Positions 18,763 to 29,800 of a DNA stretch of 64,000 nt are shown one piece after another. The notes beneath the pieces were generated by a model. The model saw nothing but the letters and a program-made list of their open reading frames with translations, was not told the DNA's origin and searched no databases. The translations under genes and the position numbers were made by a program. Within the stretch, counting starts at the first letter, position 1; every line of letters starts with the position of its first letter. The stretch is from a virus. The stretch lies in IMG/VR virus record IMGVR_UViG_3300042731_007021, positions 17,162-81,161 of that record; one strand, given 5' to 3'.

Positions 18763-20235
18763 ATGCATAAATTCCTATCTCAAAAAGACATCTCATTATG
18801 GTTAGGAAGCGAGGCCAGTTATAACCATGTAGCAGACTGTTATGCCAAAGCCATGGCTATGATAACTGCTGGGACTGGCAATGGAATGGATGAAGATGAA
18901 GACGGCCCTGAATCCCCTATTCTGACTATCTCTGACGGAATTGGGATTATTGATATCCACGGCTCGCTGATCGCCAAATCATCCTGGTGGTCCAGGATAT
19001 TCGAAATCACTTCGTATGACGACATCCGCAATGCAATAGTGGAGGCTGTCGAAAGCCCAGACGTGAGGAGAATCATGCTTGACGTTGATTCATCCGGGGG
19101 CGAAGCGAAAGGAACCGGCGAACTAGCCGATTTCATTCGGGAAGCTTCCAAATATAAAAAGATTACCACTTATGTTTCTGGTACAGCCTTCTCTGCTGCA
19201 TACTGGATCCCTTCTGCCTCAAATAAAATAGTGGGGCATAAAATGGCGGAGGCTGGCTCTATCGGGGTCATCGCCGTTTTGGCCGAATATACCGAGATGT
19301 ACAAGGAGGCTGGCATCAAGGTACATGTATTTCGTGGCGGAAAATACAAGGCTTTGGGCAACCCTTATGAGAAATTGTCAAAGGACGGGGAACGCATTAT
19401 TCAGGAAAAAATAGACACCATGGAAGAGTTTTTTCTTGACGCCGTTGCCGATTTTCGAAGGCTTGACCGAGACACTGCGAAAGAGTCAGTGGGGGAAGGC
19501 CGAACATTTTTTGCACAAGAGGCTGTTGACAACGGTTTGATGGACGGCATAATCTCGTATGACAAGCTTTATACGGCTATGGTTAAATCGATCTCAGCAG
19601 ACTCTGACACCAATAGAACTCTATTAGAGGAACTTGACATGAAGAAAAAAGTGTTGACTGAACAAGCTATCGCGGCGAAGGCTGCAGGAGCCTCAAAAGA
19701 GGAAATTGAGGCTTTGATGGCTGAAGAAGAAGTCGACGAAGGTGGAGAAGCTTCGGATGAATCTGGAACTGAACCAGAATCTCAAGCCGAAGAGCCAGCG
19801 TCTGAAGAAGAAGTCGACGAAGGCGAAGAGTCTGAAGGCGGAGAGTCTGAAGGCGGAGAGTCTGATACTTCAGCCACAGATGCAGGCCTCATTTCTTACC
19901 TAAAGGACGAAAACAAGGAACTTCGCGCCCAGGTTGACGAGTTGAAAGGCGCGGCGGCCGCTGGAGCAGACGCCCAGGCCAACGAATCAGAACTGAAAAA
20001 AGTGGTCAGTGAATACATTGGCCAGATGTGTATTGCTTTGGGGATCTCTCCGATGAATATGTCCAGCATGTCTTCCAATATGTTGTTGACCCAATATGCA
20101 GACATCCGGAGGCAGTACACTTCAGAATTTACTGTTGGGAGTTCGGCCAACGTCCAGGACAAGGACGATACCGATTCCAAGGGTGAGGGCGTTTCGCATA
20201 TTCAACGGGCAGCCGCGAAAGCGAACGAAATTTAA
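18763..20235 (+). CDS. S49-family head maturation protease fused to acidic scaffold domain
   Basis: LDVDSSGG, AFSAAYWI, AGSIGV and GKYKA motifs; acidic/coiled-coil C-terminus. Confidence 0.9.
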   Translation: MHKFLSQKDISLWLGSEASYNHVADCYAKAMAMITAGTGNGMDEDEDGPESPILTISDGIGIIDIHGSLIAKSSWWSRIFEITSYDDIRNAIVEAVESPDVRRIMLDVDSSGGEAKGTGELADFIREASKYKKITTYVSGTAFSAAYWIPSASNKIVGHKMAEAGSIGVIAVLAEYTEMYKEAGIKVHVFRGGKYKALGNPYEKLSKDGERIIQEKIDTMEEFFLDAVADFRRLDRDTAKESVGEGRTFFAQEAVDNGLMDGIISYDKLYTAMVKSISADSDTNRTLLEELDMKKKVLTEQAIAAKAAGASKEEIEALMAEEEVDEGGEASDESGTEPESQAEEPASEEEVDEGEESEGGESEGGESDTSATDAGLISYLKDENKELRAQVDELKGAAAAGADAQANESELKKVVSEYIGQMCIALGISPMNMSSMSSNMLLTQYADIRRQYTSEFTVGSSANVQDKDDTDSKGEGVSHIQRAAAKANEI

Positions 20236-20257
20236 CTTTTAATCAAGAGGTAAAATC

Positions 20258-20728
20258 ATGGGTAGCACTACTCTGACGCGCTCACTGCTTGTAGATACTT
20301 CCTTAATGGGAATTATCACCGACGCATTGGGTGATAACACCGACGAATATTCTTCCGATTATGACATCGGTAAAGGCGTCGTTCTTGCGGCAGGCTCATA
20401 CGATGCAGCAGCCAAAGACGATGAGATCGAAGGAATCATCACTTCTATCGAACCAGGCACTCGCAACTCCGGCTACAGTTGGGGAGGCGTACAGACCAAA
20501 GGCAGGGCACTGGCCGTTCTCGGGGCTTCCCAGGACACTACTGCTGCAGTTGGCGACCTAGTTGTGAACGATACCCCTATTGCGGTGGGCACTGCCGGCA
20601 TTATCAGGGTTTACGGTGAGGGCTCTACCGGTTTTCCGTCCGGGCCTTTTAAATTTAACTGGCGGATCATTCGTATCGTCTCCGGCACTGGTGTTGCTGG
20701 CGATACTGTACTGATCGAGCGCGTATAA
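20258..20728 (+). CDS. Head decoration/cement protein
   Basis: Between protease and major capsid gene; Gly/Thr/Val-rich beta pattern. Confidence 0.7.
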   Translation: MGSTTLTRSLLVDTSLMGIITDALGDNTDEYSSDYDIGKGVVLAAGSYDAAAKDDEIEGIITSIEPGTRNSGYSWGGVQTKGRALAVLGASQDTTAAVGDLVVNDTPIAVGTAGIIRVYGEGSTGFPSGPFKFNWRIIRIVSGTGVAGDTVLIERV

Positions 20729-20742
20729 CTGGAGGTTCAGAC

Positions 20743-21945
20743 ATGGCGCAATTAACTGCAAAATTCAAGTTCACCGATCTGGACGGAAAGCTCCAAGAAG
20801 GGGAAATCAGCGAAGAAACCTACAAGGAGGCTTCTGACGTTAGTCTGAGCGTTTCCCAACTGTTGGCCCGCAAATACCCTACTGACGCGACCAAATACGG
20901 CAGCATCCTGTCCCAGGCATTGTCATCCAAAGGCCTCGTTTTGAAGCCGAATGCTGAACTGGGGCTGTACCCCACCAGAATGAGCGAAGTCTTTAATGGG
21001 GTTAAAACCTTCGCTGGGGCTATTACTTCGCCGGACGGGGATGGCAACACTACTCCTGCGGGTCGACTGTTTTTTCCCGAGGTTATTCTGCAAACCATCG
21101 CATCTGCCCTCCGGGAAAATAAAGGCGACTTTTTTGCCGGATACGAAAGCCTGTTGAGTGGCACTGATGCGGTCAACGCTCCGGAATTCAAACGTGCAAT
21201 CATTGATGAGACAGCACCTGAGGATTCGGAATCGATGTCAACGGCACAGTTGGCTGAGCCTCCGGCAATGGTCAGCATCACCGCGGCGAATCGGACTACC
21301 CCGATTCCTAGCAAAGCCATTGGACTGGTTATTTCTGATCAGGCCATCCAGACTGCTGCGTTTGATCTGGTCAATCTGGTTATGAGCCGCCAGGCTTACG
21401 GCGAGCGTGTTCGCATGGTGAACAATAACCTGTCTGACGTTCTGAACGGGAATTCGGACCTTGGCATGTCAGCTTTGAGTGTGGCGTATGTAGACACCCT
21501 GGACGCTGCTATCGTTACAGACGGGGCCATTACCCAGAAAGCGTGGGTGCATTACTTGCGTGACAATTATGAAAAGATGACGATTACCAATATCATCTGC
21601 ACGATTGACACGGCACTGGCCATCGAAAACCGTACCAACAAGCCGATCTACTCTGGCGACGATCCTCGCAGCCCGCGTATCGACACTTTGTTCAGTATCG
21701 ATAATTTGGGGCTGACTCCTCCTCGCGTCTTTCTGGTCGACTCAAGCGTGGTTCCTGACGATCGTATCGTTGGCCTGGATAATAACTGGGCACTGCGGCG
21801 CGTGGTTAATGTCTCAGCTTCCTACGAAGCAATCGAGTCATTCTTAATGCGTCGTGCCAAGGCTTTTCGGGTGGATCACGGGGAATCCCTGTACCGTCTG
21901 TATGACGATGCGTTCTCGTTGATCGACTTGGCAACTACTCCGTAA
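20743..21945 (+). CDS. Major capsid protein
   Basis: 400 aa, synteny, GGAGG RBS, followed by a strong terminator. Confidence 0.85.
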   Translation: MAQLTAKFKFTDLDGKLQEGEISEETYKEASDVSLSVSQLLARKYPTDATKYGSILSQALSSKGLVLKPNAELGLYPTRMSEVFNGVKTFAGAITSPDGDGNTTPAGRLFFPEVILQTIASALRENKGDFFAGYESLLSGTDAVNAPEFKRAIIDETAPEDSESMSTAQLAEPPAMVSITAANRTTPIPSKAIGLVISDQAIQTAAFDLVNLVMSRQAYGERVRMVNNNLSDVLNGNSDLGMSALSVAYVDTLDAAIVTDGAITQKAWVHYLRDNYEKMTITNIICTIDTALAIENRTNKPIYSGDDPRSPRIDTLFSIDNLGLTPPRVFLVDSSVVPDDRIVGLDNNWALRRVVNVSASYEAIESFLMRRAKAFRVDHGESLYRLYDDAFSLIDLATTP

Positions 21946-21968
21946 GAGCACAGGTTTGGGAAGCCGTT

Positions 21969-22000
21969 GAAAAAGCCGGGGATTCGTCCCCGGCTTTTTC
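21969..22000 (+). terminator. Rho-independent (bidirectional) terminator
   Basis: gaaaaagccgggga-ttcg-tccccggctttttc. Confidence 0.9.
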
Positions 22001-22068
22001 ATTTGTCAATTTGTTGGTTATTGAGTACTATTTGTTGACCTTAACAACTCATTTAACTGGAGAACAGT

Positions 22069-22422
22069 ATGGCCCTTTCAAAAGCAAGCAAGCAGAAGGC
22101 AGAAACCGCCGTCGACCTTGACGACATCGCTGAAGAAGTCGAAGTGAATGAACCAGAAGCTCAAGAGGCTACTGAAGAAGTCAAAGTCGCGCCAGTCGAA
22201 GAGCCGAAGAAAGAGGCTGCTGAGACGGTGGAGACTGTCGCTAAAGAGCCAGAAGGCACTCCTCACTTGGTACTGCTGAAAGGCACCAGCCAGATTAATG
22301 ATCCAGGCACCGGGGTTACTTTGATTAAAGGGCAGTGGGTAACCGTCCCTTATCTGTCTAAATGGGTTAAACGCCAGGGTGACGTTTATAACTATTTGGA
22401 CTACAAGCCGATTAAAGATTGA
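22069..22422 (+). CDS. Hypothetical acidic protein
   Basis: 117-aa ORF, GGAG RBS. Confidence 0.7.
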   Translation: MALSKASKQKAETAVDLDDIAEEVEVNEPEAQEATEEVKVAPVEEPKKEAAETVETVAKEPEGTPHLVLLKGTSQINDPGTGVTLIKGQWVTVPYLSKWVKRQGDVYNYLDYKPIKD

Positions 22423-22901
22423 TGACTGTCGACTTTCTAGGCCTTACAGATACCGATGAAGTCAGGGCCTCTCTGGGCGTTGACGATACAGATATTCCGG
22501 ATACGCTGATCACCAACCGGCGTCCGGAAGAAGATCTGGACATCGACCTGTTAACCTGGCTCCCTACCTATGCGACTATAATATCGGAAGGCAATGGCGC
22601 TTCACCGACAGATGCGCAGACGTTGAAGTATAAATTACTTAAACTGTATGCCAAATACTTCATCTCTGCCCTGATCGCCTCAACCGCCATTACTGCTATT
22701 CTGCAAAAAGAGTCGGATGGGTCCAACGAGGGGGCCAGGTTTAACGATGCAAAAGCCTTGCGTGAGTTGAAGACAAGTGCCGAAGGATATGCCGCAAACG
22801 CCAAATCAAAGCTTGAACAACTGGTGAGTCCAGCGGAATCCACCACCTATTCTCAGTTTGGCACTGTCTCCCCATCCTATGACCCGGTAACAAATGAATA
22901 A
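22422..22901 (+). CDS. Putative head-tail adaptor
   Basis: Synteny and size. Confidence 0.6.
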   Translation: MTVDFLGLTDTDEVRASLGVDDTDIPDTLITNRRPEEDLDIDLLTWLPTYATIISEGNGASPTDAQTLKYKLLKLYAKYFISALIASTAITAILQKESDGSNEGARFNDAKALRELKTSAEGYAANAKSKLEQLVSPAESTTYSQFGTVSPSYDPVTNE

Positions 22902-23791
22902 TGGACCTTCGCCGGGTAGCTGCAAAATTTGAGCATACTGAGTTTGAGGGGTACGACGAAGATACTCAAACTTGGGATACAGAAGCGCTCACCGGTAAAG
23001 TTTTCCCAGTAGATAGGTTTCTATCCAACTTCCATAGGCCGACTCGCCGCCGCATGCTGGGCTTGGCTCCTGGGACTGTCTTGCCTGACTCCAGCACTAT
23101 AAAAGTGCCTGAGACTGGAGAGATATTTATGATAGGGGAGGTCAGGCAGGATGCCAGAAATGGGGCTGCCTATGACTCTGTGGGTATCCTCCATCGCGCT
23201 GAAACCACTTGTACTGTCAATCGAAAAGCGCCGGCAGGCCCCACTGATAACCCAGGCCACCTGGTAAACTCAGAAATTGGCCATCATTACGTTGACATTG
23301 AATTACGTGCTCTCCAGGAACAAGAGGAGGCAGAAGAGGAATTTGAAGGGCATTATTTTATCGTACTGCCTCCGCATGCCGACATAGAAGAATGGGACCA
23401 GATCACTATAAGTTCTGATAATTACTTTATAAAGTCTTCTTATATAGATAGCGGTTTCAAATTCGCTCGTGCGGATAAACGGGAAGACCCAAGAGTAGAC
23501 TTCACATACCATCGCCGGGAAGATACGTCTGCATACAACGCTTCTACGGGAGTAGTTACTGACGGCCTGGTAGGTTATGATGTCACCGGGTTCTCCATGC
23601 GGGAGGGGATTTTGAAGACTGACTTCTCCCTACCTAAACAGGCTGATATTACAATTATAGTAAGACAGGACCATATTGGATTTGCTCCGGTTTCAGAGGA
23701 TGAGTTTACTTGGAAGTCGGTGAAATACCGGGTAAGCAGGGTAGAGTTGGATTTTCTGCAACAGCAGTATAAAATTCATGGCACCTTATGA
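22901..23791 (+). CDS. Putative head closure/connector protein
   Basis: Synteny; beta-rich repeated domains. Confidence 0.55.
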   Translation: MDLRRVAAKFEHTEFEGYDEDTQTWDTEALTGKVFPVDRFLSNFHRPTRRRMLGLAPGTVLPDSSTIKVPETGEIFMIGEVRQDARNGAAYDSVGILHRAETTCTVNRKAPAGPTDNPGHLVNSEIGHHYVDIELRALQEQEEAEEEFEGHYFIVLPPHADIEEWDQITISSDNYFIKSSYIDSGFKFARADKREDPRVDFTYHRREDTSAYNASTGVVTDGLVGYDVTGFSMREGILKTDFSLPKQADITIIVRQDHIGFAPVSEDEFTWKSVKYRVSRVELDFLQQQYKIHGTL

Positions 23792-24249
23792 GCAAGAATT
23801 CAAATTACGCCAAGAAGTTAACCAACATGTTGGGAAAGCTTCCATCAGAGGCCGTTAAAGCAACAGGCCGGGGCGTGTATCTGTCTGTCCTGCAGAACAC
23901 CAGGCAGGACTCAGGGCAGGCGGCGTATAACTGGAAAACCAGCCTCAATACTACACAGCAGCGTCGGTATAGTCACATTTATGGCCAAGGGCCGGTAGGG
24001 TATAAAGGCGAAAAGCGCAGTTCAAGAGGGATGACAGATATCGTCATCGACGATCGGTATAAAACGTTTGATGATAAACTGCACTTCAATAAAAATGTCA
24101 GATTCGTCTTAATTTACAATCCTTTGGAAGACCCCGACCATGCAAGCAATGCTGAGTTGGAGTTGGCCATTGGGCTATCTACCGGGCAGGATTGGATGGA
24201 CTCTTTAGCGGAGAGGGCGGCAAATGCCAACTTACGACTCAGCCGCTAG
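23788..24249 (+). CDS. Neck/tail completion protein (HK97 gp10-like)
   Basis: TRQDSGQAAYNW resembles the TPVDTG..R.NW motif. Confidence 0.6.
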   Translation: MSKNSNYAKKLTNMLGKLPSEAVKATGRGVYLSVLQNTRQDSGQAAYNWKTSLNTTQQRRYSHIYGQGPVGYKGEKRSSRGMTDIVIDDRYKTFDDKLHFNKNVRFVLIYNPLEDPDHASNAELELAIGLSTGQDWMDSLAERAANANLRLSR

Positions 24250-24643
24250 GATCATAGAGGATTTCTTGGATTCAAATTGGACGTTCTCTAAAGTCGCGTT
24301 TGAGAACGTGGCCGCTATAGATTATTCAGATGCTGACCGAAAAGCTTTGTCGCAGGGGGAAGATCCGTTTATTGCTGTTAAAATAATCTACGGCCCTTCC
24401 GCCGCCGCCGAAACCGGGCAGAATGCAATTAAGCGTACCTGGGGCAATCTAGCCGTCGATTTCTACACCAAAGAGAACAAAGGAACCAGCATTAATCAGA
24501 CCAACATTGACAACCTATCGAATCTGTTTGAATATAAGACGATCAGTGATATCGTGTTCAGGGACATAACAGTTATGAGATCGGTGCCCATGGAAGGCTG
24601 GTTTATCACTCCAATTTTAGTAAGGTTTTATTTTAACCGATAG
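24224..24643 (+). CDS. Putative tail terminator
   Basis: Immediately upstream of tail tube gene; size. Confidence 0.6.
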   Translation: MPTYDSAARIIEDFLDSNWTFSKVAFENVAAIDYSDADRKALSQGEDPFIAVKIIYGPSAAAETGQNAIKRTWGNLAVDFYTKENKGTSINQTNIDNLSNLFEYKTISDIVFRDITVMRSVPMEGWFITPILVRFYFNR

Positions 24644-24655
24644 AGGAATGAACTA

Positions 24656-25843
24656 ATGGCCTTCGCAGATACCGCCAATTACTCACTTGCTTATGCACCT
24701 GAAACTACTTTTGATACCCCTCCGACCACCGGATATCGCCTTCTGAGAAATACTGGCGAAGGGTTAAATGTAAACATCGAATCCGCCCAATCCGACGAAA
24801 TCGACTCCGACGCCCAGTATACCGGTACCGTACAAGTGTCCGGCAGCTCTGCCGGGCCGGTCAATTTCCAACTCTCTTATGCTGAATATGACGACTTCCT
24901 GGAGGCCGTGCTACGGTCGGCCGATTGGGATGCTGGGTACAGCGATTCCGCTACTGACGTAGCCTCTCGGGTATTCACCGGACTGACAGACACAACAGGC
25001 TTGCTGCCGGGAATGATTGTTAAGGTCACTGGACTGACCGCATCCGCTGAAGACGGCGTTTTTACCATTGAAACCGTTAACTCCGGCACATCCTTTACCG
25101 TGGTAGAATCATTGACTGATGAAGCGAGTGGCACCATTACCGTCACAAACTCAGGCTACATCATGAACGGCACTACTCAACGGTCGTTTAGTTTCGAGAA
25201 AAATTTCATCGTAGATGGGAGTGACAACTTCTTTCTGATGTCAGGTATGAGGGCGGCCTCCATGTCCATGGCTATGTCCACCGGATCCATTGTCAGTGGC
25301 TCATTTAATTTTCAAGGAGCCACAGGACAAGCGTCAGCCTCTTCCCAAGAAGCCAGCTCATACTCGGCGGCCAACACCAACGAGTTGATGAACGCAGTAT
25401 CTAACATCAATGGAATGTCCATGTACGCCGTTGATGTGAGTGGAAACTATACGGCCATTTCAGCCACCTTCCAGGAATTGTCTTTGTCTATAGACAACTC
25501 TATGCGTGATCAATCTGGTATCGGCAACTTGTTCCCGGCTGGTATCGGTGCTGGGCGTATAAAGGTAGAAGCAAACGCCACTTTATACTTTGCTGACCGT
25601 GACCTATTTGACCAATTTATTGTCAACGGCTCAGTGCAGATTCGCTTCCAAATAACCGACGCCGAAGACAACTACGGAAACCGGTATGGATTCGTATTCC
25701 CTGAGATGAAGATAGCAAGCCATGAAGTTGTGGCATCCGGACCTGATTCTGATGTAATGGCATCGGTTCAATTTACGGCGCAAAAGGATGTTCGTTCTGG
25801 TACCAGTAAATCTATTATCGTGTCAAAGATAGACGCGGTATAA
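24656..25843 (+). CDS. Major tail tube protein
   Basis: LAYAPETTF, SDEI and SFSFEKNF motifs; followed by terminator, chaperone and tape measure genes. Confidence 0.85.
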   Translation: MAFADTANYSLAYAPETTFDTPPTTGYRLLRNTGEGLNVNIESAQSDEIDSDAQYTGTVQVSGSSAGPVNFQLSYAEYDDFLEAVLRSADWDAGYSDSATDVASRVFTGLTDTTGLLPGMIVKVTGLTASAEDGVFTIETVNSGTSFTVVESLTDEASGTITVTNSGYIMNGTTQRSFSFEKNFIVDGSDNFFLMSGMRAASMSMAMSTGSIVSGSFNFQGATGQASASSQEASSYSAANTNELMNAVSNINGMSMYAVDVSGNYTAISATFQELSLSIDNSMRDQSGIGNLFPAGIGAGRIKVEANATLYFADRDLFDQFIVNGSVQIRFQITDAEDNYGNRYGFVFPEMKIASHEVVASGPDSDVMASVQFTAQKDVRSGTSKSIIVSKIDAV

Positions 25844-25871
25844 TAAACTTTCTCGTGGGTTGAAGTAGGCT

Positions 25872-25910
25872 AACCCCGGATAACTTCTTGCAGTTATCCG
25901 GGGTTTCTTT
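25872..25910 (+). terminator. Rho-independent terminator
   Basis: aaccccggataact-N6-agttatccggggtt followed by tcttt. Confidence 0.85.
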
Positions 25911-25950
25911 TATATTTTACTTCTTTACACAATCATTTGGAGAAACCACA

Positions 25951-26367
25951 ATGGCATTTGACGTTTCCAAAGGCAAGCGAGATCGCTCAAAAGAAGTTGA
26001 GGGCGCATGGTTGCACCTAGACAAAGAAACAAAATTCCTGGTGGCCAGAGCAAACAACCCTGAATATAAGGCGTTCATTGCCAAGAATTACCGGGAAAAT
26101 GAGTCATTAATTAATAGCCCGGTGCATACAGATGAGGCCGACAAAGTGGCTGATTCTGCTATGTTAGAGGCTACTGCCACTTTCATCCTAAAGGGGTGGG
26201 AAGGAGTTACCGACGCGGGCAAGGCAGTAAAATACACCCCCGCCTTGGCGATAAAAATGCTGGAAGAGCATGATGATATTCGCCAGCTTATAGAGGATTT
26301 CTCAAAGAACCGCTCCAACTACATCGACAAGCAGGATAAGAAGGACGCTGAAAAGTTGGGGGAATAG
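25951..26367 (+). CDS. Tail assembly chaperone (G-like), start revised to MAFDVSK
   Basis: GGAG RBS; ILKGWEGV motif; position before tape measure gene. Confidence 0.8.
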   Translation: MAFDVSKGKRDRSKEVEGAWLHLDKETKFLVARANNPEYKAFIAKNYRENESLINSPVHTDEADKVADSAMLEATATFILKGWEGVTDAGKAVKYTPALAIKMLEEHDDIRQLIEDFSKNRSNYIDKQDKKDAEKLGE

Positions 26368-26747
26368 TAAGCTGGAACATTCAGTGGGGTGGAGAGAAGG
26401 AATTCAAAACCCTGCTGACGCACTATAAAAATACGGGCCAACTTCCTCCAGCCCTACAATACCGGCCACTTCCTACCCCTTCGCTGGAAATATATCTGGA
26501 CGCTTTCTATGCGCTGTCAGCAGGAAGGCAGAATACCGACCACGTTATAAACCCGATCACGTTTTCCGACACAATGGCTTATTGCGATTGTGTAGGTGAG
26601 TTCAATAGATATGAACGATTACGATACTGGAAGCTTATCAATGCCTGTGACATGAAGTTTATTGAAGCGATGATTGACAAACGTAGCATAGAGGCAGCCA
26701 GAGCAGCAGCTAAAGCAAAGGCCAAGCAGAAGCTAAAACCTAGATAA
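26358..26747 (+). CDS. -1 frameshift extension of tail assembly chaperone (GT-like), missing from ORF track
   Basis: Slippery G GGG GAA at 26358-26364; -1 frame open for 129 codons (GIVSWNIQWG...YLDAFYALSAGR...KLKPR*). Confidence 0.8.
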   Translation, partial: GGIVSWNIQWGGEKEFKTLLTHYKNTGQLPPALQYRPLPTPSLEIYLDAFYALSAGRQNTDHVINPITFSDTMAYCDCVGEFNRYERLRYWKLINACDMKFIEAMIDKRSIEAARAAAKAKAKQKLKPR

Positions 26748-26802
26748 TCCAGTAACAATCATTTACACTCAATCTTATTTGACTTAGAGGTCAGACCCCG
26801 CC

Positions 26803-29800
26803 GTGTCCTTCGAAATAGGCCTTTCAACTGCCCAGGCCAGGGCTGAAGTAGACTCTCTTAATGCCAAGATTATAGGATTGGGCCGCACGGCAGATGGGGC
26901 GTCTGCAAAATTGAGGGGGTCTATTGGTTCTATGGGGGGGGCCAATGAGCTTCGAAACATTCAAGCTGCCATAACTGGCTTGAATGCTAATCTGACCAAC
27001 ATGAATTCCCAGTGGACGGACACGTACACCGCTGCGAGCAAAAATACCAAAAATCTAAGTGCGGCCGTACAAAATAAGACCAGAGTAATAAATACCGGCA
27101 GAAAAGCCAATGATGCTTATGGCGACTCGCTTCTTACTGTTTCCCAGAAAGCAGCTGTACTTCGTTCAAGTATGTTGGCGATGGGTACCCACGTCGGCAT
27201 CTTTACTGCCAGAACCCTGTTAGCGGCTACGGCTGCCTACGGCTTTACAAAAGCTGTCAAAGGGGTAATTACCGTAGGGGCGTCATATACTCAGTCTTTG
27301 GCTGAAACCTCGGCCATCATAGGGGTCAATCGATCAGAATTAGAAGGCCTGTCAAACAGCATGCTGGAATTGGCAGAAATTACCAAATTCACAACTACTG
27401 AGGTCTCCCAGGCCGCTACAGTGTTGTCTAAAACTGGCTTGAAGACTGAAGCCGTTGCCGCAGCCCTACCTCCAGTATTGAATCTCGCGGCTATTGGAAG
27501 CATGGATATGGCTCAAGCCGCAGACATAGCCGCCAATTCAATGTTCGGGTTCAGGCTGCAAGCCACTGACCTTGAACAAGTTGTAGATGAGCTGGCATTT
27601 GTTGCCACCAACAGTAACACCTCAGTTAGGCAGTTGGGTATGGCTATGTCGTATGCTGCCCCGGTTGCTGCTGCCGCTAATGCCGAATTCGCGGATGTCG
27701 TCGCTATGATGGGGGTTATGGCTGACTCAGGTATCAAAGCCAGCAGGGCTGGAACAACGCTTCGTCGGGCCTATGTGAATCTTCTCGACCCTACTCCTAA
27801 AGTGGCAGAGGTTTTAAAAGACCTCGGCGTTCAAGTTCGGGACTCTGCCGGCGAGATGCGCGGCATGGTAGACATCATGGCTGACTTTGCAAAAGCCGGA
27901 GGTAGTGCCCAGGACTTGACCAGGATATTCGGAGTCCGGGCGGCCCCAGGTATGATAGCAATATGGAAAGACGTAGCAGCCGGCATTGCGGGGGCGGATT
28001 CTAAATTGAAAGATTTGATAGACCGCATGGGAACTGAAGGCGTGGGGGCTTCAGAGCGGATGCGTAATGCCATGGAGAAAAACTTGATCGACGTTTGGAA
28101 AAAGTTTGAATCCGCTGTTTCCGTTCAGGCTACCCGTGCATTCTTTATGATAGAGGAAGGCCTTATTTCAGATATTGAGGCTATGACAGAGTTTGTCAGA
28201 ACTGCCGGAGACGTTGAAATCGCTGTGGCGCAATTAAAGGCAGAGGCTGAAAGTTATTCCAGTATTGCTGATTCTATATCATCGGCAGTCGTATCAATGG
28301 AAGCCGCCGCAAATTCAGGGGAACATTTGTCAGAGTTATTGACGATGATAGGAACCGGGCTGGGATCCTTAGGGGCATATCTGCGCGATCTTGGCATTAA
28401 CATGGAATACATAATGAAAGCCGCAGGCGCTAGAACAGCAGCCAACATAGACATCATGAAATTGGAGTTTAAGTCAGCGGTTATATCTATGAAGATTTGG
28501 TGGGAGGAGTTTACTGCTTTCCTGGCTGTAAATATGGCCACTGCGTTGGATACTATTAATAACGCTTATCGTAGTCTTATATTGAGCCTGGCTGATATGA
28601 CTAGGTCAGCCGCTGGCATGTCCAGGGATATTGGTGCTGATAGTCTAGGCGATCAGTTGGATTTTATTTCCAACAGGCTTACCAGGATTGCTGGAGAGGT
28701 ATCTAATCAAGCCGGGTCAGTAGAGCAGGCATCCGCCAGAAAGATAAAAGCCATGGAATTGGAGCGGGCTGAACTACGCTCTCAAATGGCAGATCATAAG
28801 CTTGCTTCTGAAGAGTTAGTAAACCAGTACGAAAAAGAAGCTGTGGCTAAACTCAACGCCAGGGACGCCGCAGTTAAAGCCGCTAAGGATGAGATACTGT
28901 GGAACCGGGAAGCAGAGAGAATATTTGCTGAGATGGATAGGTTCAACGCACCTGAAGCTTCTGATGCCACTACTAAATCTCGTGGAGTAATGCCTGAGGG
29001 ATATGGAAAGGACTTTGTAAAATCTTCAAAAGACAGCTTGAAGCAGTTGGTAAAAGAGCAGAAAAATTCCATCAAGGCTTCAGTAGATCAAATTAAACAC
29101 CTGGAAAAACTTGGGCATATTGACCCATTTTCTGCCCTGGAAGCCGGGATAGAAAAAGTCCGGCAGGCCCTCCAATTAACAGATACTGAATTTAAGAAGC
29201 AGTATTCCAGTTTAAAAGATGCGTCTGATCTAATGGAGCAGGCTGGATATCACACCAGGGCTAAGGAAATAAAAGATGCGGCGATTGATTTAGCTCAGTC
29301 ATACGGACTGCAAACAGAGGAATTCAGGAAATCCATCAGGGAACAGGAGCAAGCGCTTGACGAATTAGCTCTAAAATACAAACAAGTGTATTCCGGATTT
29401 GGCAAGCATGTTGAAAAAGTCCCATCTATTACCGGGTTTAAAGAAGGAGAATCGTTTGCCTCCAATCTGAGAAGTGAACAGCGAAGCCCAAGCGAGGCTT
29501 TTGAAAAAGAGCAAACTGAAAAGTTAAGGTTATTGGATGAAGCCTTTCAGGCTCAATTCAACATGCAACTGGACGCCCAAGACAGGATGTACATGTCAGC
29601 GGCAGAGTACGAAGCCAGACGCACTCAATTAAAGGAAGACGCAGAACGCGAACGGCTGTCTCGGTCTGCAGACTTCTATAGACAAGAAGTAATGATGGAG
29701 GAAAATCTCCACATCGCTAAAGCCAGAGCCTTGGCCTCCGGGGTTGCGGCGTATACCGCTGAAGGGGCAAAATCCAGCAGAAAGCTGTTTGAGTTAAATA

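Noticed and set aside
19730-19865. Short direct repeats (gaagaagaagtcgacgaagg x2; gagtctgaaggcgga x2)
   Set aside because: Explained by a low-complexity acidic linker in the scaffold domain
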